From Octopus bimaculoides (lineage: Eukaryota), in assembly GCF_001194135.2 (NCBI RefSeq), contig NC_068982.1:74111240-74175239 (forward strand): a stretch of 64,000 bases of DNA. Reading direction: 5' to 3'. Below are positions 11,001-25,800 of the stretch, one piece after another. Numbering within the stretch: position 1 is the first letter of the stretch; each line of letters begins with the position of its first letter. The notes below the pieces were generated by a model, which saw only the letters and a program-made list of their open reading frames with translations, ran no database searches and had not been told where the DNA came from. The position numbers and the translations under genes are program-made.

Positions 11001-14000
11001 CAGCTCACCACCTTAAATGTTAGCTCGCTTATAATAATAATAGATCACTGACATAGGCACAAGGCGACACATTATAAGGGGCGGTTTAGTCATTGAATGA
11101 ATCCCAGTACTTAGTTGGTACTTATTGTATCAATGATGAAAAAAATGGTGAAAGTACAAGGCTTGTTCTGAATACTCTAAATCTCTACCATTTCTTCAGT
11201 TCCACTACTCTATCAATGAGGATAACATTCCCAGGAGTTGAAACAATAATTTAATTGTGGCATTAATATTAGTTTCTGCCATAAATAATGAGACCAGGAA
11301 TTTTGAGGAAATAGAAATGTATATTGTAATGTTTGTGCCTTTGTCAAGGACATAAGTTGTGGAAATAAAATGAAGTGGTTCCAACTGGGAATCAAATCAA
11401 CTGGGAGTTGATTTGATTTAACAGGATGTTTATAGCACACAAGCTTGTCAATTATTATTTACATGCCAACTAAAAAGAAGGTTTTATATATATATATATA
11501 TTAATATATAGCAGAAGTAATAGAGTGACTCAAGGACCAAGAGTTTTGTGCATTGGCACTTATCAAGGCTGAAAGTTTTGTGTGTTGGCACTTATCATAC
11601 TAGTTTGATAAGTGCCAATGATGTCCGAAACTCTCATCCCTTGAGTCACTCTGTTGCTTCTGCTTAATATCAATGAAAATATTCATTTACTCATATTTTG
11701 AATTCTATTTCTTCTGTTTGCATCACTGCACCTGTGTGTATACATAGAAGGGATCCATATAGTGATCTCTCATATTTATATATATATACTTTTAGTTAAA
11801 TTAGGAATTAAAGCCTCTGCCTATAAATTGATAAATCTGAACATCTCTGCAACTAGATCTCAGTTAAATTGACCATTTTATTTGGAATCATTTTGTTTAT
11901 TGCATTGTTTTAAATAGAATTTGTTTTTATTGTTTTTTGTTTTTTTTGCCTTTGATCAGCAAATCCATGCCTCTGAACGAGACTATGTGTCTGCATGCCA
12001 GTTATTGGGTGTTGGTTCCGAATTTGCTTTGTCAGCCAAGTCTGATTACCTACGCCTATTGTTTCTACTCAGTAAAGGAATGGTAAGTTCCATCTCATTG
12101 CAAAGTCATTGCTCCTTACTCCACCTGTAGTTTAATTTTTTCTTGGCTCTCCTCTGAATATTTTTAGTCCCAAATTATTGCACTGTGGTTTATTTGTAGG
12201 CCTTCCATTGACAAATCTTTTACTCATCTTTGGAAATGTCCAGCGGGTAAGGCATAATGAATTTGAGGAGCAATAGCCTTTATACATGTATTACACAGGG
12301 CCACCAATATATGAGATATTCTCTGGTGTTACATGAACCAGTCTCCTTGCCTAAGGGTTAAAGCTTAAACTGTGGTTAATCCTTTCGCATTCAGATTTTT
12401 TGCCAAATGTATTGCTTATTTATTCACATTGCTTTGAATTAATCTTGCATTATTTTGTAGCTTCAAGATTTAATGGTGTTTGTATATTTTTAGAATGACA
12501 TTGTAGGGTAGATATGAGAGGTTGGTTCTGGTCAGTTTTAAACATAAAACAGATTATTTGGGCTGGGTATGGCCAGATTAAATGCTAAAGGGTTAAGGGA
12601 TAAGCTCAGGAGAGCAGGGGACTAACAGAGTAAACTTTAACTGAACAAGCAGAAGGCAAACAGAAAAATCACTGTTGTATCTTTCACAAGAAAAATCATA
12701 AATGTTAATACTTGGGCATGGAAGTTCATGATCGTTGATGCCCTTATGCATGGCACGTATAGAGAAGAGATAACAGATATGGTTTAAAGTTGAATTTCAA
12801 GTTGGATTAATGTTAGTGTTACTTTTTAAATTTCATTTTGTCTGTCTTTATTGATTATTTGTACCTATTTGATTTTCTTGTTTCTTTATTTCTAGTTACT
12901 ATTAGTTGATAAAAAGATGCCTGAGGTGAAGGAGGTTCTTTCAATGGCCGGTGCTTTAATTGAACGTTATCAAGGATCACCAACTCAAAAAGAATCTCTT
13001 AATGTATTTTTCTTAGTTCTTCAAGTTTGTCACTATTTAATGGCTGGGCAGGTGTGTATATAATATATTGTTTTTTCCTTTCTTTTTTCTTTTTTGGCTT
13101 TTGTCATTCAAACTTTTAATTTTCATCATTCAACCTTTAAGTGTGTCAAGCTAAGTGAAATCGTATCTGTGGCCATTGCTGGTGACATGCGAAAAGCACC
13201 TGTGCTGGTGACACATTAAAGATACCCAGTACATTCTGTGGAATGGTTGGCATTAGGAAGGGCAACCAGCTGTAGAAACCGAGCCTAAACAGATGGAGCC
13301 TGGTGCAGCTCTCCAATTTACCATCCCCAGTCAAACCATCTTACTTATGCCAGTATGGAAAACCGATGCTAAATGATGATAATGATGATGTATCATTTCC
13401 GTTGTTATTGATATATTTCATTCTTTCTAAGTAAGATATTTATTGGAATTGTCTGTTGATTGTGATATATTCTTAACTTGTCTAGGCACAGGTGTGAGCA
13501 TAGATGTAGGGTGTAGCCATTGGCACAGAGGTAGCTGTGTGGTTAAGAAGTTCACTTTGCAACCATATGGTTTTGGGTTTAGTCCCACTGTGTGGCACCT
13601 TGGGCAAGTGTTTTATTAATCTAAACCCTTCAGGGTGATGCCCCAGAATGGTTGCAGTCCAATGATTGGAACACGTAAAGATAAATTGTTTTAGAATTAT
13701 TTTATTACTAAAGTGTTTAACTGTTATATGATGAGTAACTTTGAAGTATACTTTTGCTACAGTGGGTAATAGCAGTAAATATGACATACATATATTAATT
13801 ATAATTCATCTTTTATCGCGTTATTTGATGCTTATACAAAATGAGGAAATGAATACTAATTTTCAAAATGAAAATATGTATCACTAAAATGAAATTAAAT
13901 AAACCAAATTTCTCATTTGCATAATTATTATGATTTATTCCCTCTCCTCTTCCTCCTGCCACCAAGTCTAGTTTATGCACCTGCCCTATACCTCCTATGT

Positions 14001-16557
14001 TTGCTCTATCTCTCTTTCATTCTCTCACTCCCTCTCTATCTGGTGTAAAATGTGACTGGTTGTTGTTGTTGGCACTCCGTTGCTTACGACGTCGAGGGTT
14101 CCAGTTGATCCGATCAACGGAACAACCTGCTCGTGAAATTAACGTGCAAGTGGCTGAGCACTCCACGGACACGTGCACCTTTAACGTAGTTCTCGGGGGA
14201 TATTCAGCGTGACACAGTGACAAGGCTGATCCTTTGAATTACAGGCACAACAGAAACATGAAGTAAGAGTGAGAGAAAGTTGTGGTGAAAGAGTACAGCA
14301 GGGTTCGTAACCATCCCCTGCCGGAGTCTCGTGGAGCTTTAGGTGTTTTTGCTCAATAAACACTCACAACGCCCGGTCTGGGAATCGAAACCGCGATCCT
14401 ATGGCTGCCATTGTGCCTCCACTAACGTGACTGGAAAAATAAATCAGCCAACATTTATATTGAATTATATTATATGCAGATGCTTTTCTAAAAACAAAAA
14501 TGTATATCAGTAGAATGGAGCATAATCTAATGTTTGTTTTAATTAAATATTTAATTCTCTTAGCCCTTTTGATATCAACTCACCTGAGAATGAATGCCTC
14601 TGGCTCTATGATGCAAACTTCCTGTTTTGAAGTGATCTCAATTAAAAGCTTTCCATCAAAATTACATGTTAATTTGTACTCTAAACACCAGCCTAATAAC
14701 GACTGAGTTGTTTTACTAAATTTTTCATTATTTTCAAATTTTGAAATGAAGGAAGTGTACTTCAGTAGAAATACAATAATGAAAGGGTTAATATCTCCTG
14801 TTAATTATTAATCAATTAATTCTTATTTCAGTATCAGAAATCAGTTAATTTAATGCCAAATCAGTTGTTTTTTAATTTTTTGTTCTCTTTCAGGTAAAAA
14901 GTGTAAAACCATGTTTAAAACAGTTACAACAGAGTATACAAACAGTTACCCAGTTACATTCAGATGATGGTAAGTTGAAAAAAATTTTTTTTATTTAAAA
15001 TTGAAAGATGATTAATAGAACTAAAGACATTAAACTATTTAGACATGACTCTATATTTAAAATCCAGTGTTATTTTATTATCATGAGATACCATTGATGC
15101 GTCTAATTCATTGATCATATATCATTTTCATCCTTGTTTAATGTCCACTTTTCCATGCTTGCATTGGTCACACAGAATTTTGTTGAGACAGATTTTCTTC
15201 AGCCAGGTGCCCTTTCTGTTTCCAAGCAAAGTAATATTTCCCCATGGTTAGACATGTTTTTCTTAGAAGACTGGAAACCAACAATATTGCTTGTGTGATG
15301 GTGGTGTGCTCATTTACAATCATCCCAATGTTATGACAAGAGACCCCCCCCACACACACACACACACATATTGGGTCATCCCATAAATAATGTGGTTTTG
15401 TCAATTGCATAAACTAAGTCAGACAGGAATGGGATAAACTGCCTGCATCAACTTGATAGAAAAGCAGATAGTAATTTTACCTTTTCTTTATTCTTAGTGC
15501 AAGTTTTGGAGAGTGCAGTTGAATTTTTAAAGTTATTTTTTTCAAAGCTATAATGGAAGTGATAAAGGAGCATATTTTGCTTTATGAGTTCAATAAAGGC
15601 AACAACACAACAGAATGTGCGAGGAATATTAATGCAGTATATGGGAATCAGACAGTAAGTGCAAGCCAGTGTCAACGGTAGTTCCAGAAGTTCTGAGAAA
15701 GAAACTACAGCCTAGAAGATGAGCCTTGTCCTGGAAGATATGTAGAGCTTGGCGAGGACGTCCTACAAACCCTGATGGAATAAAATCCCATTGTAACTGT
15801 TGAACTAGCAGAGAAACTTGGATTTGTTATTCAACCATTCATCAACACCTGCATACCATCGGAAAAGTCAACAAATTGGGTCAATGGGTTCCTCACAAAC
15901 TTTCCGAGTCTAATCATGCGCAGAGAGTGAATGTGTGCTCTTTTTTGGACTGAATAGTGGTTGGTGATGGAAAAATGGGTTCTCAAGTGCCATTGACAGT
16001 GGTTAGGGAAAGGAGAAACAGTGGCACCCCAGGCTAAAGAAGGTCTTCATCCATGTAAGTTGTTATCTGTTTGGTGGGATATGAAGGGTTTAGTCCAATT
16101 TGAACATTTAAACCCAAATGATAACAAAGGAGATCTACTGCTAGCAGTTTGAGTGGCTCAAGTTGGCACGAGAAGAAAAACAACCATCTTTGGTTTTGAA
16201 ACAAAAGATGTTCTTCCATCAGGATAATGCTTGGCTACATATAGCTAGAATAACATTCCAAAGGCTGGAGCAGTTCGAATGGGAAACGATACCCTACTTG
16301 GACATTGCCCCATCTGATTATCGTTTATTCTGCAATCCTCAAAATCATTTGGACAGAAAAAATATAAATTCTGTAGACAAGGTCAGAACAGCACTAGAAG
16401 AGTATTTTTTGTCATGGACAAGTAGACTTTTGAAGAGGGGCCTTGCAAGTCTACCAGATAGGTGGAAAATGAAGGAGAGTATATTTTAGATTAAAAAAGA
16501 ACTTTATCTTAATTTTGAAAAATAAAAGTATAAAAAAAACATTATTTATGGGATGAC

Positions 16558-16603
<46 letters not shown>

Positions 16604-16676
16604 TTTGCAGGGATATACTATCCAAGCAGATATCATGTTTGCTCTCAGTTTGGTTCCATTCTCATTATTATTAATG

Positions 16677-16719
<43 letters not shown>

Positions 16720-18805
16720 CAACTGACAGTCTGTCAGTTACTACAAAGTGGGTTCCAGTTGATACAATCAACAGAACAGCCTGCTCATGAAATTAACATG
16801 CAAACGGCTGAGCACTCCACAGACACGTGTACCCTTAACATAGTTCTCAGGAAGCTTCAGCATGATAAAGAATGTGATAGGGCTGGTCCTTTGAAATACA
16901 AGTACTACTCATTTTTGCTAGCTGAGTGGACTGAAGCAACATGAAACGAAGTCAAAAATTGAACTCACGACCTCATGTTCATGAGCTGAATATCCTTACC
17001 TCTAAGCCTATATATACACACCCACAAAACAGAAAAATGAAATTCTTTGGTATTATTTTATCTCCATTACACATGTACCAAAAAATTTCCATTTTCTTGT
17101 TTTGTTATTCAGCAACTGTGCAAATAATATTTCCATAATTCTCAATTTTAATGTGTTTTGATCTACATACAACAATGACTATGGATGGATACATATTGAT
17201 TATGATAATGGAATAAGCAGATGTGCTCCAAGAGGAAACAGGTGGGAGTTATCCTAAACACTTATTTATATTTACACACACATATGATAGGCTTGTAGTT
17301 TTTGGCTACCAGATTCACTCACAATACTTTGGTCAGTCTGTCAGTCTGGGGTTATGGAAAACCCCAATAGGGGGTGCTATAAAATCGCTTTGATGTTTTA
17401 ACATTTTTTTCCTCAAGCAAGAATTTTTCTTAGTGGCAGATTGCAGTGAAAATGCCCTTTTCTCAGGTCAATGTGTTGGAAATATATTTAAATTGACTGC
17501 AAAGTTTGTTTATTGAAAAAAGAAAAAGAAAATTCAATATCAGACAAGAATTTCTCTGTTCTGCTTCATATGTATATAAAACTGTGTTGCAAGTTTTTTT
17601 GATGATGTGTTTCCTGGTTTTTTCAGAACCACTTTCTAGCAACCAGATAGACCAGTTCCAATGGTTACCCAAAGAACATATGTGTGTCTTAGTTTATCTT
17701 GTGAGTATGACTGAGAATTTTATTTGATACCCCATACTGACTTGAACTCAAATCATTTAGATTTTTTTTTTTCTGAAATGATATTTAGATATTGGTTATT
17801 GATTAAAGTTGTATTAACCATTGATTACATTGGTCTAAAGTTTCATTAAAAATTCATTATATCATGAAAATCAATCAATTTCAGGTATTGATCATTCATT
17901 ATCGGTTCAATATTTGTTTAGCATTGTGTATGAAGTATTGACTATATTTCTTGACTATCACAAACAGTGATTTTATTGAGAACAAAAGCACCACTGATAC
18001 CACCACCAACAACATCGTCATCATCAACATCGCCATCATAATTGTCATCTTCATCATAATCATTTTACATCTTTTCATGATGGCATGTGTTGGAAATGTT
18101 TTCATGGCTTGAGTCAGTTCTTGTTTGGAGGTTACTGCTCTCCAAATGGGTGGGTGGTATCATATTTTACTTTATGTTCCATTTTGAATGCTGCTACACA
18201 GCATCCTTTGCTAGGGAATCAGCTTGATGATATACCCACAAAGAAAGTTCATGCCTTCTCTACCTCCCTGAAACAACACTTGTTTTTTTTAAATTGCTAC
18301 AATTTAATGAGAGAACATCCTCTGAAATCTGACAAGTGATTCATAGAGTGAGGTTGAATATACATTTGGCATGCATTAGATCTCCCCTGGGGAAAATATC
18401 TGTCTGGCAGTGGTTTCATTATATGTTAGTCAGCTGACCCATCAACAATGTGGATGTATATATTCATGGGTCTATGTGGTATACTGTATAATTTGTAATA
18501 AATGTAACATATCTTACATTGGTAGCAACTTCTACAGACTGCACATCTATCATTAAAGATTATCATTATCACTTTAATGTCTATTTTACTATGCTTGCAT
18601 GGGTTGGATGAAGTTTGTTGAGGCAGCTATTCTACTCCCAGATGCTCTTCCTGTTACCAACCCTCACCTGCTTCCAAGCAAGATTGTATTTCCTCATGGC
18701 TAGTCATGTTTCACATTGGAATGTTGGAAACAAAGGGCATCAGTATAGTGACAAACGTTTGCAACTATTATGCAGTGTCAAAATAATGAGACAGACAGAT
18801 AGACA

Positions 18806-18844
<39 letters not shown>

Positions 18845-19871
18845 TCATTCATCTAGGTCGACTAACAATGTGAAGTGAAACACCTTGCCTAAAGACACTG
18901 CTCCCCGGTTCAGGAATTGAACCCATGACATGATGATCATGAGACTAACACCCTGTTGTTGTTGTCAGCACTCCATCGCTTATGGCGTTGAGGGTTCCAG
19001 TTGATCCGATCAACGGAACAGCCTGCTCGTGAAATTAATGTGCAAGTGGCTGAGCACTCCACAGACACGTGTACCCTTAACGCAGTTCTTGGGGATATTC
19101 AGTGTGACACAGTATGACAAGGCTGACCCTTTGAATTATAGGCACAACAGATACAGGAAGTAAGAATGAGAGAAAGTTGTGGTGGAAGAGTACAGCAGGG
19201 TTCGCCACCATCCCCTGCCAGAGCCTCGTGGAGCTTTAGGTGTTTTCGCTCTATAAACACTCACAACGCCCGGTCTGGGAATTGAAACCGCGATCCTATG
19301 ACCGCGAGTCTGCTGCCCCAACCACTGGGCCATTGCGCTTCCACATGACTAACACCCTAACCCCTTCACATATATATGACTGTCTTAAGCCTTATTACTT
19401 TAATTCAAAATACTTGACATTAACTGATATATCATCATCCTTATTTAACATCCGCTTTCCATGCTGGCATGATCAAACAATGGGTAAGTCAACTCTGTAT
19501 GTCTCTAACATCACTGTTGCTATTCTCTCCCTTCCACAGGTTACAGTGATGCATTCCATGCAGGCGGGCTACATGGACAAAGCACAAAAATATACTGACA
19601 AAGCTCTCATGCAGATTGAAAAATTAAAAAGTAATTATGTTTTCATTATTTTGCATTTTATATTTTTGTATGTGCAAGAATCTTTTACTTATTTCTGTCA
19701 TGTGACCGCCACCTTGAGTTTTACTTGAATAAATCGACCCCAGAACTTTTTTTTGAGCCTGGTACTTATTCAACCAATTTTATTTTGCTGAACTGCTAAG
19801 TTATGAGGATGTAAAGATACCAACACTGGTTGTCAAGCTGTGGTCACACACACACACATACATACATACAT

Positions 19872-19934
<63 letters not shown>

Positions 19935-20619
19935 NNNNNNNNNNNNNNNNNNNNNNNNNNNNNNNNNNNNNNNNNNNNNNNNNNNNNNNNNNNNNNNNNN
20001 NNNNNNNNNNNNNNNNNNNNNNNNNNNNNNNNNNNNNNNNNNNNNNNNNNNNNNNNNNNNNNNNNNNNNNNNNNNNNNNNNNNNNNNNNNNNNNNNNNNN
20101 NNNNNNNNNNNNNNNNNNNNNNNNNNNNNNNNNNNNNNNNNNNNNNNNNNNNNNNNNNNNNNNNNNNNNNNNNNNNNNNNNNNNNNNNNNNNNNNNNNNN
20201 NNNNNNNNNNNNNNNNNNNNNNNNNNNNNNNNNNNNNNNNNNNNNNNNNNNNNNNNNNNNNNNNNNNNNNNNNNNNNNNNNNNNNNNNNNNNNNNNNNNN
20301 NNNNNNNNNNNNNNNNNNNNNNNNNNNNNNNNNNNNNNNNNNNNNNNNNNNNNNNNNNNNNNNNNNNNNNNNNNNNNNNNNNNNNNNNNNNNNNNNNNNN
20401 NNNNNNNNNNNNNNNNNNNNNNNNNNNNNNNNNNNNNNNNNNNNNNNNNNNNNNNNNNNNNNNNNNNNNNNNNNNNNNNNNNNNNNNNNNNNNNNNNNNN
20501 NNNNNNNNNNNNNNNNNNNNNNNNNNNNNNNNNNNNNNNNNNNNNNNNNNNNNNNNNNNNNNNNNNNNNNNNNNNNNNNNNNNNNNNNNNNNNNNNNNNN
20601 NNNNNNNNNNNNNNNNNNN

Positions 20620-20660
<41 letters not shown>

Positions 20661-22783
20661 ATGTTTGTCCCCCAACATTGCTTGACAACAGATGCTGGTG
20701 TGTTTACGTCTCCCGTAACTTAGCGGTTCAGCAAAAGAGAACGATAGAATAAGTACTAGGCTTACAAAGAATGAGTCCTGTGGTTGATTTGCTCAACTGA
20801 AGGCGGTGCTCCAGCATGGCCGCAGTCAAATGACTGAAGCAAGTAAAAGAGAGGAAGAGTTTCGTCCCTTCGCTACCTGAAGTCGTTCAGTTTTGCATTT
20901 TTCACTGGGTACAACTGTTTATTCACATTCCAATCCATACAGCCTCCTGTTACTGTTCAGTCACCATTTCTTCTTTCAACTACTAAATTCTCAGACCTCA
21001 TTTAGAATATTAATTGCATTAAAGCTGGAGTCCATTCACCCTGCCCAACTTTTATGCACTGTCAAAGCTACATGGAACTGTCCTAGATTCAATAGTAAGA
21101 AATACTTATTTTGAGCTGTTCCCTCTATTAGGCTCTAATCCTTCTGTTGTTTTTTAATGTACTAAAACCTTTCTGAATGCAACGTATTTTCCTGCCTATT
21201 TCTATTATAAAACCCTTCTTTTTTTTGCCTCTTCAGTGCTGGACGCCCATCCACTCTTATCATCATTCCAACTGATGCTGCTTGAACACATCGTCATGTG
21301 TCGTCTAATAATGGGCAGTAAGTCTGCCGCCATCCAAGAAGTAAGTCAACTAATTTTCCAAGATTGTTTTCTCTTTTTCTATATTCCAGGGTCGTTGCCA
21401 GTGCCCCTGGACTGGCTCATGTGCGGGCGACACATGAATTCTTTCGAGCGGGATCGTGCCAGAGCCCCTGGACTGGCTCATGTGCGGGCGACGCCCCTGG
21501 GCCGGCTCTTGTGCGGGTGACACATGAGGTTTTTCAAGCAGGATCGTTGCGGGTGCCCCTGGACTGGCTCATGTGCGGGCAACACATGAAATCCTTCGAG
21601 CGAGATCGTTGCCAGTGACCCTGGACTGGCTCTTGTGCGGGTGACACATGAAATGTTTTGAGCGGGATNNNNNNNNNNNNNNNNNNNNNNNNNNNNNNNN
21701 NNNNNNNNNNNNNNNNNNNNNNNNNNNNNNNNNNNNNNNNNNNNNNNNNNNNNNNNNNNNNNNNNNNNNNNNNNNNNNNNNNNNNNNNNNNNNNNNNNNN
21801 NNNNNNNNNNNNNNNNNNNNNNNNNNNNNNNNNNNNNNNNNNNNNNNNNNNNNNNNNNNNNNNNNNNNNNNNNNNNNNNNNNNNNNNNNNNNNNNNNNNN
21901 NNNNNNNNNNNNNNNNNNNNNNNNNNNNNNNNNNNNNNNNNNNNNNNNNNNNNNNNNNNNNNNNNNNNNNNNNNNNNNNNNNNNNNNNNNNNNNNNNNNN
22001 NNNNNNNNNNNNNNNNNNNNNNNNNNNNNNNNNNNNNNNNNNNNNNNNNNNNNNNNNNNNNNNNNNNNNNNNNNNNNNNNNNNNNNNNNNNNNNNNNNNN
22101 NNNNNNNNNNNNNNNNNNNNNNNNNNNNNNNNNNNNNNNNNNNNNNNNNNNNNNNNNNNNNNNNNNNNNNNNNNNNNNNNNNNNNNNNGCGAGATGAGCG
22201 TGGCCTTTGCCAGTACCGCCTGACTGGCCTTCGTGCGGGTGACACGTAAAAGCACCCACTACACTCTCTGAGTGGTTGGTGTTAGGAAGGGCATCCAGCT
22301 GTAGAAACTCTGCCAAATTAGATTGGAGCCTGGTGTTGCCATCCATTTTCACCAGTCCTCAGTCAAATCGTCCAACCCATGTTAGCATGGAAGGCGGACG
22401 TTAAACGATGATGATGATGATGATCTGTATCCTTTGGTGTTTCATTTACAGCGATATAGGACAGTTCACGATAATGTTTAGATCAATAAAAAGGAGATTA
22501 GTAATATGGGACAGTTAATGTCAATAATACTGTTAGAAAAAGAGCTTTGTTCTTATATATGTCAAACATATGGGTTTAGATAGTCATGTAATGTCACTTG
22601 CTTCTGATAGGACACTTTGGGGGAAGAACCCAGGACTCTAACCCCATGAGCTTCCAAGGAATAGTGGGTGGTGAAAATGAATGGATATTTGTCAAATTCT
22701 AGGGTTGTGTAATTCTGTAGTTTCATAGAGAGAGGATGAGTGAGTCATGCTACCACAGAAAACCAGCATTAAACAAATGAACT

Positions 22784-22833
<50 letters not shown>

Positions 22834-25800
22834 CACACACACACACATGTAAAAAGTATGGATTATGTAACAAAATCAGACAGTAGATATATCAGGTGGG
22901 TTTGTTGTCTTAGAATAGGCTGAGAAATGAATTTCACATGTGGATGACTCTAAAATTTTGTTTGTTGACAAGTTTTCTTTTGAGATTCTCTTAGAATCTT
23001 GTTAATTAATATTGATTAAAAACAAAATCTGGTGCCTTTTAAACCACATCTCATGTTGACTGTTCGGTCCTTCAAGTACAACAAAGGACTTATAAAAAAA
23101 TCCTGTTGCTAAGAACAGAAGTTGCTGCATCACCTTGTTGCAGATATTTTGGGTTATTGAGTGAAGGAGGAATTAGATCAGAGTTATTTTATAGTTGATA
23201 TAATGGTGAAATTTCAGAGCACTATGAAGACATTTCTAGGATTCTGTCATCCAAACCAAATCTGTTTGTAAATTAGCGCACTTATATAATGAGTTGTAAT
23301 TTAATGACTGTGTTCTATAGTGGTATAAGATGAACCATTTCATAGGTTCTGATGGGTCCAAGGGCCACATTGTGTGGCACCATGTAAAAGCACCCAGTGC
23401 ACTCTAGTGATTGGCCCGAGGAAAGGCATCTAGCTGTAGAAACCATGCCAAATCATACTGGACTCTGGTGCAACACCCTACCCGCTCTGGCTACACTGTC
23501 CAACCCATGCCAGCATGGACAACGGATGTTTGGCCACACTGTCCAAAACAGATGTTAATTGATGATGATGATGTCTGTTTTTGACATGGTTTCTACAGCT
23601 GGTTGACCTTCTTAAAACCAACTGCTTTACTGTGTGTATTGGGTGCTTTTTCATGCTACCAGCACTTGGCAAGGTCACCATGCAGCTTTCAAAACTATGA
23701 ACCCTGATCCTGAGGGAGCAGATTTATAATAGATGAGGGATTAAAGTGTGAGAGAAGGGGCTAGAGTAGGGTGGGTTTCTTACTGTAGAGGAGCTACATG
23801 ACTACATACAGTTTAGAAAAGAGAATAGGAGTGATTGTGGACCCTTGAGGTATGAAGTGAGTTGAAACAGAAGAATCAGGAGTGTGGGGGTGTATGGGAT
23901 TATGAGAGGTGGGAAATGGATGAGGAGGTGAATTTAATGAAGGAAGAACAACTGTTGTGAGAGTTGGATCTAGTAAATGATGGATAAGGGTTAGCAGGGG
24001 TGATTAATGTTGCATGAGTGTGTTTGTGTGTGTGTGAAAAGCACCATAATAATAACCGTATAATATTTTAAATATTAACCCATTACCTCCCATAATTCTA
24101 TTAACTGGAATTTTTTTTATAAAACTTTGATTTCTAGCATAAAACAGCCTTAGAAACATTTCAAAATAAACATTTTAAATAGAAATAAGCGAGATATTGG
24201 GTGAAAAATTAGCAGACCTCATTTGAATATCGGAGAAATATACCTAGTAGATATAGCAAAAAGGTTAGATATGTGTAAATATTGATAGATAATTACGAAA
24301 TTTGTAATTTTTAAGTGATCTCATATGAGATCACTAGTAGGTAATGGGTTAATGTAATGATTATAATAATAATAATAATAATATTTATTTGCATTTTCTG
24401 TCTCCTTTCAGATCTTCCAGGCTTGTAATGTCTGCCAACAACAACCCAGGTTATTTTCAACTCATGGAGCTCAAATACACACACTATTAGTGAGTGACCT
24501 GTCTTTAGTTATTTTCTACTTCTTTGTTGTTTGTTTTATTTAACTCATATACACATATTATGTGTATATATTTGTATCTGTGTGAATGTTTTACATTCTG
24601 TGCTGAGCTGAGCTGCAGATGGTATTGTTGGTTGACATTAACCTCATCAACAAATTACCCAGTAGCTTTGCGCTCTTGAAGATAAGTTGATTGAAAACTC
24701 CCTTATTTGAAAAACAGATAAGGATTAGAAACAGGAAGGGCATCCAGCTGCAGAATAATCCCTTGGTTATATGTATTCATCTAACACAGGGGTTCTCAAC
24801 CAGAGTCCATAGGGCACTTGAGGGTCCATATAAGATTTTGTTGTTAAAATTTATCTGCAATAAATTGGTTATACTTTTACAATACACAAAATATATATTT
24901 TTTTAATGCAATTCCTAATAATTTTTAATTATAAAAAAAATATAATAGGATATTTTTAAACATTGCATGACCAGTAGGGACCAGGAGGTAAAATAGGGAT
25001 CAAAAGGGGTCTGTAGGCAAAACAAATGATTGAGAACCACTGATCTAACCCATGACAACATGGAAAAACAGATGTAAAACAAACAAATTAATGTCACAAC
25101 TTGATATTTTTTCCTGTTTAAGGATAAGACATACTTATTGGACATAAAGGTAACATTCACTGAAACACATGCACACACACAACATAAAAGCTTTTCATGT
25201 ACTTTTATTAATATTTTCTGTCTTTTCCTTCCTTCTAGGGCCTTTATGCTATGTCTATGAACTGTATGGAGGCAGCAGAGTCACAGTTTAATACAGCTTT
25301 TAAAGTAAGTTTTCTGCTGCAAATTCAACCTTCATTTATGTTAGGCAAAAATTCTGTAGATGTTACATCTTATGTTTTTTTTCTTTGTCTTTTTTTTGGG
25401 GGGGGGGCTAATTCACTGATGTTATATTCTCTAGAATTTCTCTTTCAATGAAGTGATATTCAGTTTTAAGAATCAAAGTAAAATGATGTTCCACTGTATA
25501 AATTTAAGAATAAGGGAGTTGCTATGTGGTTGACTAACCTGCTAGAAATAATAGTTAAATTTCCCTAAACTGAAACTCTAACATTTTGATATGGAATGCT
25601 TGGACACCTCAGCTAAAGTAGTCCTCTGTATATTTTGTTAAAAGATGGTTGAAATGTCATCAATTGATCAGACATCTGCTTGGTTTAAACAGCTACAACT
25701 GTTGTTGCTGGACCAGTGTTGAGACAAAATTAAAATGAAATGTACCAAGTATCTCTTATTGGTAGAACTATCTTCTTTAAATCTTCATTTGGAAGAAATC

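Noticed and set aside
14891-14899. AG|GT recursive-splice-like motif at exon start
   Set aside because: Explained by the conserved Val codon (VKSVKP)
19801-20723. Long ORFs spanning N runs (also 2361-2875, 21478-22352, 35930-36787, 39048-39586, 47831-49069, 58306-59667)
   Set aside because: Artefacts of translating gaps as X
21389-21668. CRISPR-like periodicity (also 26188-26267, 5844-5920)
   Set aside because: Contiguous diverged tandem units without unique spacers, no cas genes, eukaryotic intron context
22427-22435. Perfect U12 donor GTATCCTTT (also ~37534)
   Set aside because: No upstream exon or matching U12 acceptor; a 9-mer is expected by chance at this scale
24412-24420. Alternative in-frame acceptor at 24420
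   Set aside because: Homologous length supports 24412; no evidence for the downstream site
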